This document shows, piece after piece, positions 40,352 to 49,759 of a DNA stretch of 64,000 bases. This stretch comes from Candidatus Omnitrophota bacterium. Its GTDB lineage: Bacteria > Omnitrophota > Gorgyraeia > Zapsychrales > Fredricksoniimonadaceae. Every line of letters starts with the position of its first letter. The first letter of the stretch is position 1. The stretch spans positions 24,196-88,195 of the forward strand of contig JAUSEK010000004.1 of the NCBI GenBank assembly GCA_030650275.1, in the 5' to 3' direction. The position numbers and the translations under genes were made by a program. Below the pieces are notes generated by a model. It was given only the letters and a program-made list of their open reading frames with translations. It did no database searches and was not told where the DNA came from.

Positions 40352-43300
40352 TTATGTCGCCTGGGCCAGGGACGCAGCGGGTTGGCTGTCACGAATTTCA
40401 GAAAAGAACGGCAGGGTGTTCCAGGTACCGGTATTGATCTCCTTGATGCGGGGCACGAAGCCGCTGATGGGTTCCTTCAAAAGCCATTCAAATCCCTGGG
40501 GCACGGGGAAATTCACCTTCTTGCCCTCAAATTCAATGGTCCCCAGTTGGTCATTTAAGTCGATACCGCCTGTTTTCTCACGAGCCGTCATCGCCCCATC
40601 CGCCGCGGTCGCATCCGGAGCCGCCGTCGCCGTACTCACATCAATTCTCAATCTTGCTTCAATTATTGCTATTGCCTCATCAATAACACTCACAATAGTA
40701 CGATAGTGTACATAGTCTGCACCAAAGGATCTACCTTTCTGTTTCTCATTTTCTGACTTTGCATCTCTCAAAAGTTGAATTTTTTCCCCCACAGCTGTCG
40801 CAGCTAAAAATGATTCCCTAAACCTATTTCCCCACAACATCGTTTCAGCCAGCTTTTCTAATTGACTACCTATCAATCTATCTGCTTCATCTGCCATCAT
40901 CGCTTGGTCTGTCTTACTTCCTTTTGCAACGTCGAAGGAATGAATTCTTCTGTCTATCGTTTGAACTAATATTCTTCGGCGCTGAACGTCAAATCTGCCA
41001 GATACCCGTGCGCCTTTCGCATCCTCCAATAATTGCCCTAAACGGTCCCTCATATCCGGAGAGTCCGGTTGTTCTTTAACTGCGTCATATCGGTTCCTAA
41101 TGGCTTCGATGCTCATGGCCTGCTTTTGTTGCTCATCAAATCGTCTTATTTCCTCTCTAATACCGTCCAACTCCGATATAATTTGGGCAGATTCTACATC
41201 ACTCATGTCGCCATCAGCACTACGCTTCTGATATGTTTGAATTAATCGAGGAATAATACCCCGCTCTCCTACTTCTCTGGCGGTCTTGTACCCGTTTTCA
41301 TCATCAGAAAAAACCGCATCCTTTATTAAATTATGCCGCGCCAGTGCTGCCAGGACCCTGCCCCTTGCCTCTTGAGCCGTCATCGCCGCGTCCGCGCCCC
41401 CGGCCGGAGCCGTCATCGCCTGATCCGAAGCGGCCACTTTCAATGCATCGATCTGGCGCTTTAAACTAGAACTCAGGAGTGGGCCATAATTGCTGAGTAT
41501 TTCATCAGCTTCCCTCATGATCGATGTTCTTTCAGTCCGGTTACTCCCGGCACGATTGTATCTCGACGTCAGGTTATTGACCCAATTATTCAAAGCGGCC
41601 TGCTGGTTCTGCCGCGCCACATTCCCGTTCTGGGACAACTGCCCCATGAGGTCTGCCGGCGTCATGGGCTTTCCCTTGCTGTCGACAATGCCTTTCACGC
41701 CCGTTAATTGCTTGCCCACTGCAGCAGAATTGGCGCTAATCTCGACGGCTACATCTCCAAATAATTTTGTAGCCGTTCTATGATCCCCTTTGTCGAAGGC
41801 GGCGCTGGCCCTTTGATTAAGATCGTTGGTCTTTTTCACCAAACCTTGATAAGCCGCAAAGCCGTCATTGGACGGCACCTGCGCGCGACCTCCTGCGCTA
41901 CCGATGGACGCATTGTGTTCAGCGGCCTCCGCATTCTTCTGGGCCGTCTGGCCAATAGTAAACAACTGCCCCAACAAGCCAGCGGCAGTCACTGGCTTCT
42001 TAACGCCGTTTTCTTTGGTATAAATGCCGGATGGAAACCTCAATCCTTCAAAACGTTTGCGTTCAGCGGTGGCTTTTTGGGCCGCTTCTCTATAGCGTTT
42101 TGCGGACTCGTCAAATTTCTTCTGCTCGAATAACTGGTTCGCTTGATTGATCATGGTCTGGATCTCTAATATGGACGCATTATATTCACTAAAAACATCT
42201 GCCGGCGTCATCGCTTGCTTGGCCGCGGCTGCAGTCGGCGCTTTTTGGGATTGGGAGGGCATGGCATTGGTCAACCCTGGGGAAACAGCCAAAGCAATCG
42301 TTATGGCCGCCGCCCTCCATAAACTACCGGCGCCCGATATCATCGCCTCGTCTGCGGTCTTGAACCTATCACGCAAACGACTCCTCTCAACTCTCATACG
42401 ACGCAATTCTCCGGTAATGTTGTCAATTGCTGTACGTGCAGTTTCTCTGGGACCTGGTCTATCACTTCGACCCAGTCCACCATCAAGGGGATATAGTGAA
42501 TGGTTGTACAAGAATCGCTGGTCCGCTAATTGTCCCTCGGCCTCCGCTATTGCCCTCTCTACTGCGTCTAATTCGAGTCTAATTTGACTCGCCGTCTTCC
42601 CTAAACGTGGCATTCTTTTCGTAACATCTGCTCGCGCAGAAACATCTTCGGAAATGAACGCCGTTGTTTCGGGCCTACCCTGATCTCTTGCCGTCCGACC
42701 CAAAACCACTCTAACGGTCTCCGCGACTCTTTCATAAAGTCGCCGTATTGAGGGGGGTAACCGATTGACCACTGTCACGGCAACGTCCGCACCCGCAAAA
42801 CTCGTCCCACCCGAAAAATACTTCCTGGGGATCATTTGCTGGGTTACGGGGTCCATGTCTTCCTTGATGAAGTTGTAGACGCCCTTTTTATAGGCCTTCA
42901 CGTATTGCTCGAAGATCTGCTGGTTCTGAGAAGGATCATCCAGGGCAATGCCGTTGGTTTTGGCCTTATCTACATAAATTTTGCCTAAGATGCTTTCTTT
43001 GAGGCGCTTCTTGAACCAGGCCGAGAGGATGACGGCATGATAAATTTGACGCAATTGCGCGAAATGCTCTCCTTCATTGACTTCCTTTTCAATTTGAGGA
43101 ATTATGATCTCACGCAGAACCTGAGTGCCTACGGCGTTGATGTTTGGTGAGGCGTTGGGGTGGTTTACCTGGGATGCTTTCGTATTCAATGGTTGGGGGG
43201 TTGGCCAGGTGCTTGGGGACACGTTCTGCGGAACATGTCCCCTGGTTGGCGTCTGGTTCTTTGCAAGGGCGAGGTAATCTTCTTCCAGCATGACCTTCAA

Positions 43301-43930
43301 GTGACTTGACACCACCATAGCCGTATGGCCGTTCTCATACACAACGGCCTTTTGCGGCACGATCCAGACCTTATTAAAGGTATTGACCGGCACTTCGGTG
43401 GTGCCGAATTGCTGCTTGGTGCGGCTATAGACATTGTCCCAGAATTTCTTGCCTAATTCTTTGTCCGGATGGATCAGCGAGGCGGTCAATTGCTTGAGGA
43501 TATAATCCTGGGCCAGAAGATCTCGGCCTGTTTCCGTCTGCCCGAAATCCTGCGGCACGATCCTCCCCGCTTCATAAGGAGAAAGGTTGACCCACATGTC
43601 CTTTTCAGGGGTGGTCAGCGCGGCCATGAAATACTTCACTAATTTTAAGTACTCTTCCTGCTTCTGGTCTGCCGCAAGGGCCTTGTCGCCGGGCTGGATA
43701 AGAAAATCGAATTCAAGGGGGTTATTCGGGTTGACCTTAATGCCGGTCAAAACAGCAGGGGCAAAGGACTTGGATAAATTGACCATGGTGCCCGGGGCCG
43801 GCAGGTTTAAAACCTGGGCCCGGGCCTGGGGCATGGGCCCCAATAGGGTAAAGGCAAAGGCGGTAATAATAGAGTAAACAACACCACGAAAACCGGGGCA
43901 GGAGCGTTGACGCTGCGTATGGGATATCAT
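40352..43930 (-). CDS. 1192-aa secreted repeat/coiled-coil protein of unknown function (Sec signal; AMT[PA]AD / GADAAMTAQE repeats; central hydrophobic segment)
   Basis: Single long ORF preceded by a strong promoter-like element and AAGGAAAG RBS; signal peptide ...TAFAFTLLGPMPQARAQV; no recognisable catalytic domain by eye. Confidence 0.7.
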   Translation of the reverse strand: MISHTQRQRSCPGFRGVVYSIITAFAFTLLGPMPQARAQVLNLPAPGTMVNLSKSFAPAVLTGIKVNPNNPLEFDFLIQPGDKALAADQKQEEYLKLVKYFMAALTTPEKDMWVNLSPYEAGRIVPQDFGQTETGRDLLAQDYILKQLTASLIHPDKELGKKFWDNVYSRTKQQFGTTEVPVNTFNKVWIVPQKAVVYENGHTAMVVSSHLKVMLEEDYLALAKNQTPTRGHVPQNVSPSTWPTPQPLNTKASQVNHPNASPNINAVGTQVLREIIIPQIEKEVNEGEHFAQLRQIYHAVILSAWFKKRLKESILGKIYVDKAKTNGIALDDPSQNQQIFEQYVKAYKKGVYNFIKEDMDPVTQQMIPRKYFSGGTSFAGADVAVTVVNRLPPSIRRLYERVAETVRVVLGRTARDQGRPETTAFISEDVSARADVTKRMPRLGKTASQIRLELDAVERAIAEAEGQLADQRFLYNHSLYPLDGGLGRSDRPGPRETARTAIDNITGELRRMRVERSRLRDRFKTADEAMISGAGSLWRAAAITIALAVSPGLTNAMPSQSQKAPTAAAAKQAMTPADVFSEYNASILEIQTMINQANQLFEQKKFDESAKRYREAAQKATAERKRFEGLRFPSGIYTKENGVKKPVTAAGLLGQLFTIGQTAQKNAEAAEHNASIGSAGGRAQVPSNDGFAAYQGLVKKTNDLNQRASAAFDKGDHRTATKLFGDVAVEISANSAAVGKQLTGVKGIVDSKGKPMTPADLMGQLSQNGNVARQNQQAALNNWVNNLTSRYNRAGSNRTERTSIMREADEILSNYGPLLSSSLKRQIDALKVAASDQAMTAPAGGADAAMTAQEARGRVLAALARHNLIKDAVFSDDENGYKTAREVGERGIIPRLIQTYQKRSADGDMSDVESAQIISELDGIREEIRRFDEQQKQAMSIEAIRNRYDAVKEQPDSPDMRDRLGQLLEDAKGARVSGRFDVQRRRILVQTIDRRIHSFDVAKGSKTDQAMMADEADRLIGSQLEKLAETMLWGNRFRESFLAATAVGEKIQLLRDAKSENEKQKGRSFGADYVHYRTIVSVIDEAIAIIEARLRIDVSTATAAPDATAADGAMTAREKTGGIDLNDQLGTIEFEGKKVNFPVPQGFEWLLKEPISGFVPRIKEINTGTWNTLPFFSEIRDSQPAASLAQAT

Positions 43931-43959
43931 GGAGTATTCTTTCCTTAAATTTAATCCTC

Positions 43960-43995
43960 AAAAGAAAGTATATCCTACCAAAAACAAAAATCAAG
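43960..43995 (-). promoter_or_regulatory. Sigma70-like promoter for the giant gene: -35 TTGATT (43989..43994), 16-nt spacer, -10 TATACT (43967..43972)
   Basis: Read directly on minus strand; ~35 nt upstream of RBS/ATG at 43930. Confidence 0.35.
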
Positions 43996-44128
43996 GGCTC
44001 AAGGCCGTTTTTGGGCAAACGCTATCTGGTCCCACGCGTGGTGCGGGTGGCTTCGGTAGGGGGACCCCAAGCGCGCGCAGGAACGAGCACGCTGGGGGAA
44101 ACCGAAGACAGGACCCGCCCTACGCCCA

Positions 44129-45535
44129 TTAATCGATCTTGACCTTTCCCCGGCCTTCGCAATACGGGCAGGCGTGGAATTTCAGCGACTCAATGGTCTT
44201 TCCCGTGCGCGCCCGGGTCATCTCCACCAGCCCCAGGGCGGAAATGCGGTTGACCTCGGTCTTGGCATGGTCCTTGACCAACTCCTCCCGCAGGGTGTTC
44301 ACGACCCTGCGCTTATGGTCTTCCCGGTTCATGTCAATGAAATCAATGACGATGATGCCGCCTAAGTCCCTCAAACGCAATTGCCGCGCGATCTCGGGGG
44401 CCGCTTCCACATTGACCGCGAACGACGCGTCTTCCGGCGTGCCCCGGCCCTTGAAACGGCCGCTGTTGACGTCCACGACGATCAGCCCTTCCGTGGGTTC
44501 AATGACGATGTAGGCACCGGATTTGAGATACACCTTGCTCTCATAAATTTTCTCCAGTTCATGCGCGACGTTTTTCGCCTCAAACAACGGCTGGGGGCCC
44601 TGATGATGCTGGATCTTGTCCATCATCTCCTGGCCGCTGATGGTCTGGGCGAACTTGCGCATCTTGATGAACTCCTCCTCGGAGTCAATGATGAGCCGGT
44701 CCACCTCGTCTTTGAGCAGATCGCGCACGACCTTCCAGATCAGGTCATACTCTTTATAGACCAGCGCCGGGGCCTGCTTTTGTTTGGAGAGATGGCGTAC
44801 TTTTTCCCACATGGCCGTCAAAAATTTGGCGTCGCGGGTGAGTTCCTTCTCGCCCTGGTCCACGGACGCCGTGCGCACGATGAACCCGCCGGACCTGGCA
44901 AAATTGAACGTCCTGAGGATATCGCGCAGACGCTGGCGTTCTTCAGGTTTTTCGATCTTTTTGGAAATGCCGTTATGCTTGTCCAGCGGCATATACACCA
45001 CGAAACGCCCTGCCAGGCTGATATGCGTCGTCAAACGCGGGCCCTTGGTGCCGAAGGGGTCTTTGACCACCTGCACCAGGATCTCCTGGTCTTTTTTCAA
45101 AGGCAGCGGCGACTGCTGTTTGGGACGTCTGCCCTGTCTGGGGTTCTGTGGCGGCTGTTGAGGGGGTTGTTGATCCGGTTTAGCCCCGCCGTAGGCGGGG
45201 ACGGGCCCCGCCATAGGCGGAGCAGGCTGGGGAAAGATCATGTTGATGATCTTCTGGCCCACGCCCACCACCGGCTCTTCTTCGATCCGGTCAACTTCCT
45301 TGAGCAAAGGATTGTCGGCGTCGGTCAGGTATAAAAACCCGTTCTTCTCCTGGCCGATGTTAACGAACGCCCCGTTGATGGACGGTAAAATGGACTCGAC
45401 CTTGCCTTTGTAAATATTGCCCAGCATGGACTGGTGGCGGTCGAGCTCAATGTAAAAATCATCCAGTTTTCCGTCGGACAGAACAGCGACGCGCCGTTCG
45501 CCTTGCGCGACTTGCACTAAAATTTCTTTGGACAC
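44129..45535 (-). CDS. rng: ribonuclease G/E-family endoribonuclease (Rng-like) with Pro/Gln-rich insert
   Basis: 468 aa; S1 domain, DNase-I-like core, CPYCEGRG zinc-link motif near C-terminus. Confidence 0.85.
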   Translation of the reverse strand: MSKEILVQVAQGERRVAVLSDGKLDDFYIELDRHQSMLGNIYKGKVESILPSINGAFVNIGQEKNGFLYLTDADNPLLKEVDRIEEEPVVGVGQKIINMIFPQPAPPMAGPVPAYGGAKPDQQPPQQPPQNPRQGRRPKQQSPLPLKKDQEILVQVVKDPFGTKGPRLTTHISLAGRFVVYMPLDKHNGISKKIEKPEERQRLRDILRTFNFARSGGFIVRTASVDQGEKELTRDAKFLTAMWEKVRHLSKQKQAPALVYKEYDLIWKVVRDLLKDEVDRLIIDSEEEFIKMRKFAQTISGQEMMDKIQHHQGPQPLFEAKNVAHELEKIYESKVYLKSGAYIVIEPTEGLIVVDVNSGRFKGRGTPEDASFAVNVEAAPEIARQLRLRDLGGIIVIDFIDMNREDHKRRVVNTLREELVKDHAKTEVNRISALGLVEMTRARTGKTIESLKFHACPYCEGRGKVKID

Positions 45536-45643
45536 AGTTGTTTCTCCTAAATGAGGACATAACTTACGGAACGAAGTGACGTAAGTTATTTGTCCGAATT
45601 TATCCCGCGAAGCGGGACTTCCTTATTTAGGGCAGAGAGGTCA

Positions 45644-47044
45644 TCATTTTCCGCTGGAAGCGGATGCGATGGGATTATTCGCCGTGATGATGTGCGGGGT
45701 CAGGAAGATCAGAAGTTCGGTCTTGTCCGTCTGGTCTTCCTTTTTCTTGAACGCTCCACCAATGAACGGTATATCGCCCAAAAACGGCACCTTCTTCTTG
45801 GTGAACGATGTTTTGTCCTTGATCAATCCCGCGATGACTAAAGTCTGCCCGTTTCTGATCATAACCCTGGTCTTAGCCTGTTCGGTGCTCAGCACCGGCA
45901 CCTTGGCCGTTGCCGCCGGGTCCACCAGCACGTAATCCGTGATCGCCGTAATGGTCGGCTCTAGGTCCAGCGTGACCAGATCCGCGTTGTTCACGTGCGG
46001 CGTGACCTCAAAAATGATCCCGATATCCATATAGTTCCAACCCGACAACTGCAATTTGGCCTGGTCGCTGTTGTAGGTGTACGTCGGAATGGGGTACTGA
46101 CTCCCGACAACGATCTTGGCGGTATTGTTGTCCAGCGTCACGATGCTCGGGTTCGAAAGGATCTTGGTGTCCGTACGCTTGTGGAGCATTTCCAGCGTCG
46201 CCGAAAGCCCGGAGGCATCCAGGGTCCCATATTTGAAATCATTGTTGGCCACCGTAGCGCCGGCAGGGATCATCGTGCTGGTCTCCTGAGTGAAAGGAAA
46301 ACTCGTCGAATGCTGCGAGCCGGTGGCGGTCCCTCCGATCGCCCAGCTGATCCCCAAATTTTCCGTATTGCTCAAGGTTGTCTCCACCACCTTGGCCTCG
46401 ATCAAAACCTGCGGGGTCACGCTGTCCAGTGTCTTGATGACACCGTCCAAAAGTTCTATGTTACCGGCCACATCACGGACAATGAGCACGTTGGTGCGCT
46501 GGTCAAAATTGATATTGCCGCGGCCTGTCTTGATCTTGTTGATGGATTCCACCACCTCCGAGGCCTTGGCAAAATTCAAACTATAGGTCTTGGTCACCAG
46601 CGGCTCCTGGTCCTGGAGCGTTTGATTGTCCTCCCTGCGTTTCTTAAGATTTTCAACGGTGGTGACGGTGACGATATTGCCTTTGCGCTCATACCCGTAG
46701 CCGTAGGTCGCCAGGATCACGTCCAGCGCTCTTTGCCACGGCACATCCGTCAACTGGATGGTGACAACCCCGGTCACCTCGGGGCCGGCCACGATGTTGA
46801 CCCCGCTCTTATAAGAAAGCACCTTGAGGACATTGCGGATATCCGCGTCCTGAAAATCCAGGGACACCAGCCCATTTTCCGATGGCACCACCACAAGCGT
46901 CGGAGGAACAGCCGGCACGGACGCATCCGCCCCGCCGACAGGCCCCGCCATAGGCGGGGGGGCCTCCTGGCTCTGGGTCTGTCCGGGTAATGTCCACGCA
47001 ACAACAAGGGCAAATGCCGCGGCACAGATCAATGAACGCATCAC
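45644..47044 (-). CDS. pilQ: type IV pilus secretin PilQ
   Basis: 466 aa, signal peptide, C-terminal secretin domain ...VPFLGDIPFIGGAFKKK...LLIFLTPHII. Confidence 0.9.
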   Translation of the reverse strand: MMRSLICAAAFALVVAWTLPGQTQSQEAPPPMAGPVGGADASVPAVPPTLVVVPSENGLVSLDFQDADIRNVLKVLSYKSGVNIVAGPEVTGVVTIQLTDVPWQRALDVILATYGYGYERKGNIVTVTTVENLKKRREDNQTLQDQEPLVTKTYSLNFAKASEVVESINKIKTGRGNINFDQRTNVLIVRDVAGNIELLDGVIKTLDSVTPQVLIEAKVVETTLSNTENLGISWAIGGTATGSQHSTSFPFTQETSTMIPAGATVANNDFKYGTLDASGLSATLEMLHKRTDTKILSNPSIVTLDNNTAKIVVGSQYPIPTYTYNSDQAKLQLSGWNYMDIGIIFEVTPHVNNADLVTLDLEPTITAITDYVLVDPAATAKVPVLSTEQAKTRVMIRNGQTLVIAGLIKDKTSFTKKKVPFLGDIPFIGGAFKKKEDQTDKTELLIFLTPHIITANNPIASASSGK

Positions 47045-47397
47045 ATTCCCTCTTTTTTCAATTTCACGGTGAACCGTTGGCCGTCCTTGACCAATTCCAC
47101 GTCATCCGGCCGCACCGCGGCCACCACAAAAAGCCCGATCCTGTCTCCCTGCTTGACGATCTTGCCGTTAATAACGGCCATATTATTACCCTGCGCGTCC
47201 GCCACGATGCCCTCCAAGATCATATCGCCCGCCGTCAAATCCTCCTCGTACGTGACCACGGTCCCCGCCGCGGAAACCTGCGGCACAAAGGGGTCGCGCT
47301 GGCCATGATCGTCGTAGACAAACGCCCCGCTGTCGGCGAGGGCAAAAACAGCCGGAGAAACACAAACAGCCAAAACAAAAAAGAGGAATGTTCTCAT
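47041..47397 (-). CDS. pilP: type IV pilus assembly protein PilP-like
   Basis: 118-aa signal-peptide protein in pilMNOPQ position. Confidence 0.7.
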   Translation of the reverse strand: MRTFLFFVLAVCVSPAVFALADSGAFVYDDHGQRDPFVPQVSAAGTVVTYEEDLTAGDMILEGIVADAQGNNMAVINGKIVKQGDRIGLFVVAAVRPDDVELVKDGQRFTVKLKKEGM

Positions 47398-47990
47398 GGC
47401 TTTTGTGTCAATATCACCTTCAAAGTCGCCTGCACCAAGATCCCTTTGTCGGCCTGCCCACCGGCTTCCATATGCCAGTTGGTCAGGGTAAGAAATAAAC
47501 GACTGGACTCCAGAGTATTCAAAAAATGGCCGAACATATGATACCCCGAACGGGCCTGAATAACAATAGGCAGGGCGTAATATTTTTCTTCCGGCGTGCT
47601 GATGAGGGTCTCCTGTGATTCCGACATGGGCTTGATCTGGTCTATTTTGACATTGAATTGATTGGCCGTGCGGGATATCTCTTCAAGAATGACCGGCACT
47701 TCCTGCAGGGAACGGACCTTGACACTCATAACTTCCAGCTCGGCGCTGGAACTGTTCAAGCCATCCTTAATCTGCTGGATCCTCTGCAGATCATTATTGA
47801 CCCTCTCAACATCCGCGGACGCGGTCTTGGCCGCCTCCCCCAACCCTTTCAGGGAACGTATCTGGGGGGCCATGATCAAAAAATAATCCAAAGCGAAGAC
47901 GGCCAGTAAGATCCCGAAAAAAATGCCGTAACGGACCTTGATGTCCGTCCTGTTGATGCCGCGCATGATGTTCTGGATGTTGATCTTCAT
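47394..47990 (-). CDS. pilO: type IV pilus assembly protein PilO
   Basis: 198 aa, single N-terminal TM + coiled coil, synteny. Confidence 0.75.
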   Translation of the reverse strand: MKINIQNIMRGINRTDIKVRYGIFFGILLAVFALDYFLIMAPQIRSLKGLGEAAKTASADVERVNNDLQRIQQIKDGLNSSSAELEVMSVKVRSLQEVPVILEEISRTANQFNVKIDQIKPMSESQETLISTPEEKYYALPIVIQARSGYHMFGHFLNTLESSRLFLTLTNWHMEAGGQADKGILVQATLKVILTQKP

Positions 47991-48562
47991 TTCAATTTAG
48001 CCGTGATGACAAAGTCGGCCACTTCCGTCGGCCCCCGCTTGCCCCTCTGGATGGACAGCACCTCAATGGAAGAAAAATCGTCCGCGAACGCCCCTTCTTT
48101 CTTAAGGTTTGCAACGAAATTCCCGACGGTAACGATCTCGCTGCGTGCTTTGGAAAAAACGCTGCCCTCCAGCGTCAGGGTCCCGTTGTCCAGGTTGATC
48201 TTTTTAAGCCACACGCCTTTGGGCAATGCATCGCTCAGGACATTCATCTTCCTGGACCACGGACTGGTCCCGGTGGAGGTGATGCCGGTGATGGTCGTCA
48301 CTTTTTTCCTTAAATCCCTCAATTCCGTCCCGATGGCATCAATGCGGTTCCTGTCAGGCAAAAGCTTTTCCCACTGGGCTTTGACCATCCCCAAACGCAC
48401 ACCCTGCGCGCTTTGGGCCGTCAGCAACAATACGTGCGCAAGGACCAAAAACGCAACGAACGCCGCGCCGACGCCCAAAAGGACCTCCCGGGGGATGTCC
48501 AGACCCATGCCCCTGACGGACATTTTTCTTAAATTTTCCGGGACCAGATTAATGACGATCAT
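47987..48562 (-). CDS. pilN: type IV pilus assembly protein PilN
   Basis: 191 aa; N-terminal INLVPE (INLLP-type) motif + TM. Confidence 0.75.
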   Translation of the reverse strand: MIVINLVPENLRKMSVRGMGLDIPREVLLGVGAAFVAFLVLAHVLLLTAQSAQGVRLGMVKAQWEKLLPDRNRIDAIGTELRDLRKKVTTITGITSTGTSPWSRKMNVLSDALPKGVWLKKINLDNGTLTLEGSVFSKARSEIVTVGNFVANLKKEGAFADDFSSIEVLSIQRGKRGPTEVADFVITAKLK

Positions 48563-49704
48563 ATTTTGCTTAACCCCAACCCAATGGCCACTCCCAACTG
48601 GGATGAAGACAGATGGATGTCAGACGATGCCACCGACGGACTCAAGCGCAGGCCCGCCACCGGGTCCCAGATCTTGACGCGTATCCCTAAATTCCTTTCA
48701 AACACCCCTTCGATCCCTTTGAGCAAAGACCCTCCGCCCAACAGGAAGAATTCGCCCACCTGGATATTTTTTTCCGTCATGAAATAATCCAGGGACAGGC
48801 GGATCTCATCGATCAGGTTGGCAATGGGCCCCTCGCAGGCGGCCAGCATCGCCTCCGGACGTTCGTTGGGGGCTTTTTTCATCGCCTCGGCCTTGGATTC
48901 GTCCACGCCCAGAACGTGGGCGATCTGTTTAGTCATCTCCCGGCCGCCGACAAAAATGTCCCTGGTGAACCGCGGGGACATGTCCTTGAGGATGATCAGA
49001 TCGCTGACGTCCTCACCGATATCCAGGATCGCCTTGGCCCCGCCATCAGCGGCCCCGCCATCGGCGGGGTGCGGCCCCAGCCGCGCGAACGCATTGGCCA
49101 CGGCAACGGTGTCGATGGTGATATGTTCCAGTTTCAGTCCCAGTTCCTTGAACAGCTTTAATCGCTCGTCCACGATCTCCTTTTTCACCGCAACCACCAA
49201 AACAGACATGCGCTTCTGTGCGTTGGAAGGGTCCAGGATGAAACAATCGGTGTAAATGCTTTGCGGGTCAAAGGGGAAATATTTGTCCAGATCGTACGTG
49301 AAAGATTTGCGCAGGTCCTCCAGGGGCATACGGGGCATATCGATATAACGGATCAGGGTCCCTTTGCCTGAAACCGAAGTCACCAGGGTCTGGTCCGTGT
49401 AACCGATCTTTTTGATCAGTTGGGAAAGGGCGGATTTGACGTCCCCGCCCTGGACCGGCTCGACCGCCCACAAGCGTATCTCAAAACCCGCGCCTGCCCC
49501 GCCTATGGCGGGGCCGATCTCCACGGCCCTGACCGTGCTGGTCCCTATGTCAATACCTAAAACCGATGGCTGTTGAGGACGGGGCACAAAACGTGTGATG
49601 GCTTCTAAATATTGGTTAAAAAGAAACTTAAAATCCATTGCTGTTATTTTAGCAGATTCATGGGCATTATACCTAAAGGAAATAATTAATTTTTTAAAGG
49701 TCAA
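48559..49704 (-). CDS. pilM: type IV pilus assembly ATPase-fold protein PilM (TTG start at 49704; an internal ATG at 49638 is an alternative start)
   Basis: 381 aa actin-like fold ...LGIDIGTSTVRAVEIG...; TTG initiation verified manually. Confidence 0.85.
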   Translation of the reverse strand: MTFKKLIISFRYNAHESAKITAMDFKFLFNQYLEAITRFVPRPQQPSVLGIDIGTSTVRAVEIGPAIGGAGAGFEIRLWAVEPVQGGDVKSALSQLIKKIGYTDQTLVTSVSGKGTLIRYIDMPRMPLEDLRKSFTYDLDKYFPFDPQSIYTDCFILDPSNAQKRMSVLVVAVKKEIVDERLKLFKELGLKLEHITIDTVAVANAFARLGPHPADGGAADGGAKAILDIGEDVSDLIILKDMSPRFTRDIFVGGREMTKQIAHVLGVDESKAEAMKKAPNERPEAMLAACEGPIANLIDEIRLSLDYFMTEKNIQVGEFFLLGGGSLLKGIEGVFERNLGIRVKIWDPVAGLRLSPSVASSDIHLSSSQLGVAIGLGLSKI

Positions 49705-49711
49705 AATAAAA

Positions 49712-49743
49712 AGGGGACACCATCAAGTGTCCCCTTTTTAAAA
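49712..49743 (-). terminator. Rho-independent terminator downstream of pilA (aggggacac-loop-gtgtcccct + T-tract)
   Basis: 9-bp GC-rich stem followed by TTTTATTTT on minus strand. Confidence 0.5.
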
Positions 49744-49759
49744 CCATTCACAAACACGA

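Noticed and set aside
40352-43930. Calling the giant protein a polymorphic toxin / RHS / adhesin of a named family
   Set aside because: There are no RHS/YD repeats, no recognisable toxin or peptidase motifs, and no LPXTG or autotransporter β-domain features by eye. Only 'secreted repeat protein' is supportable.
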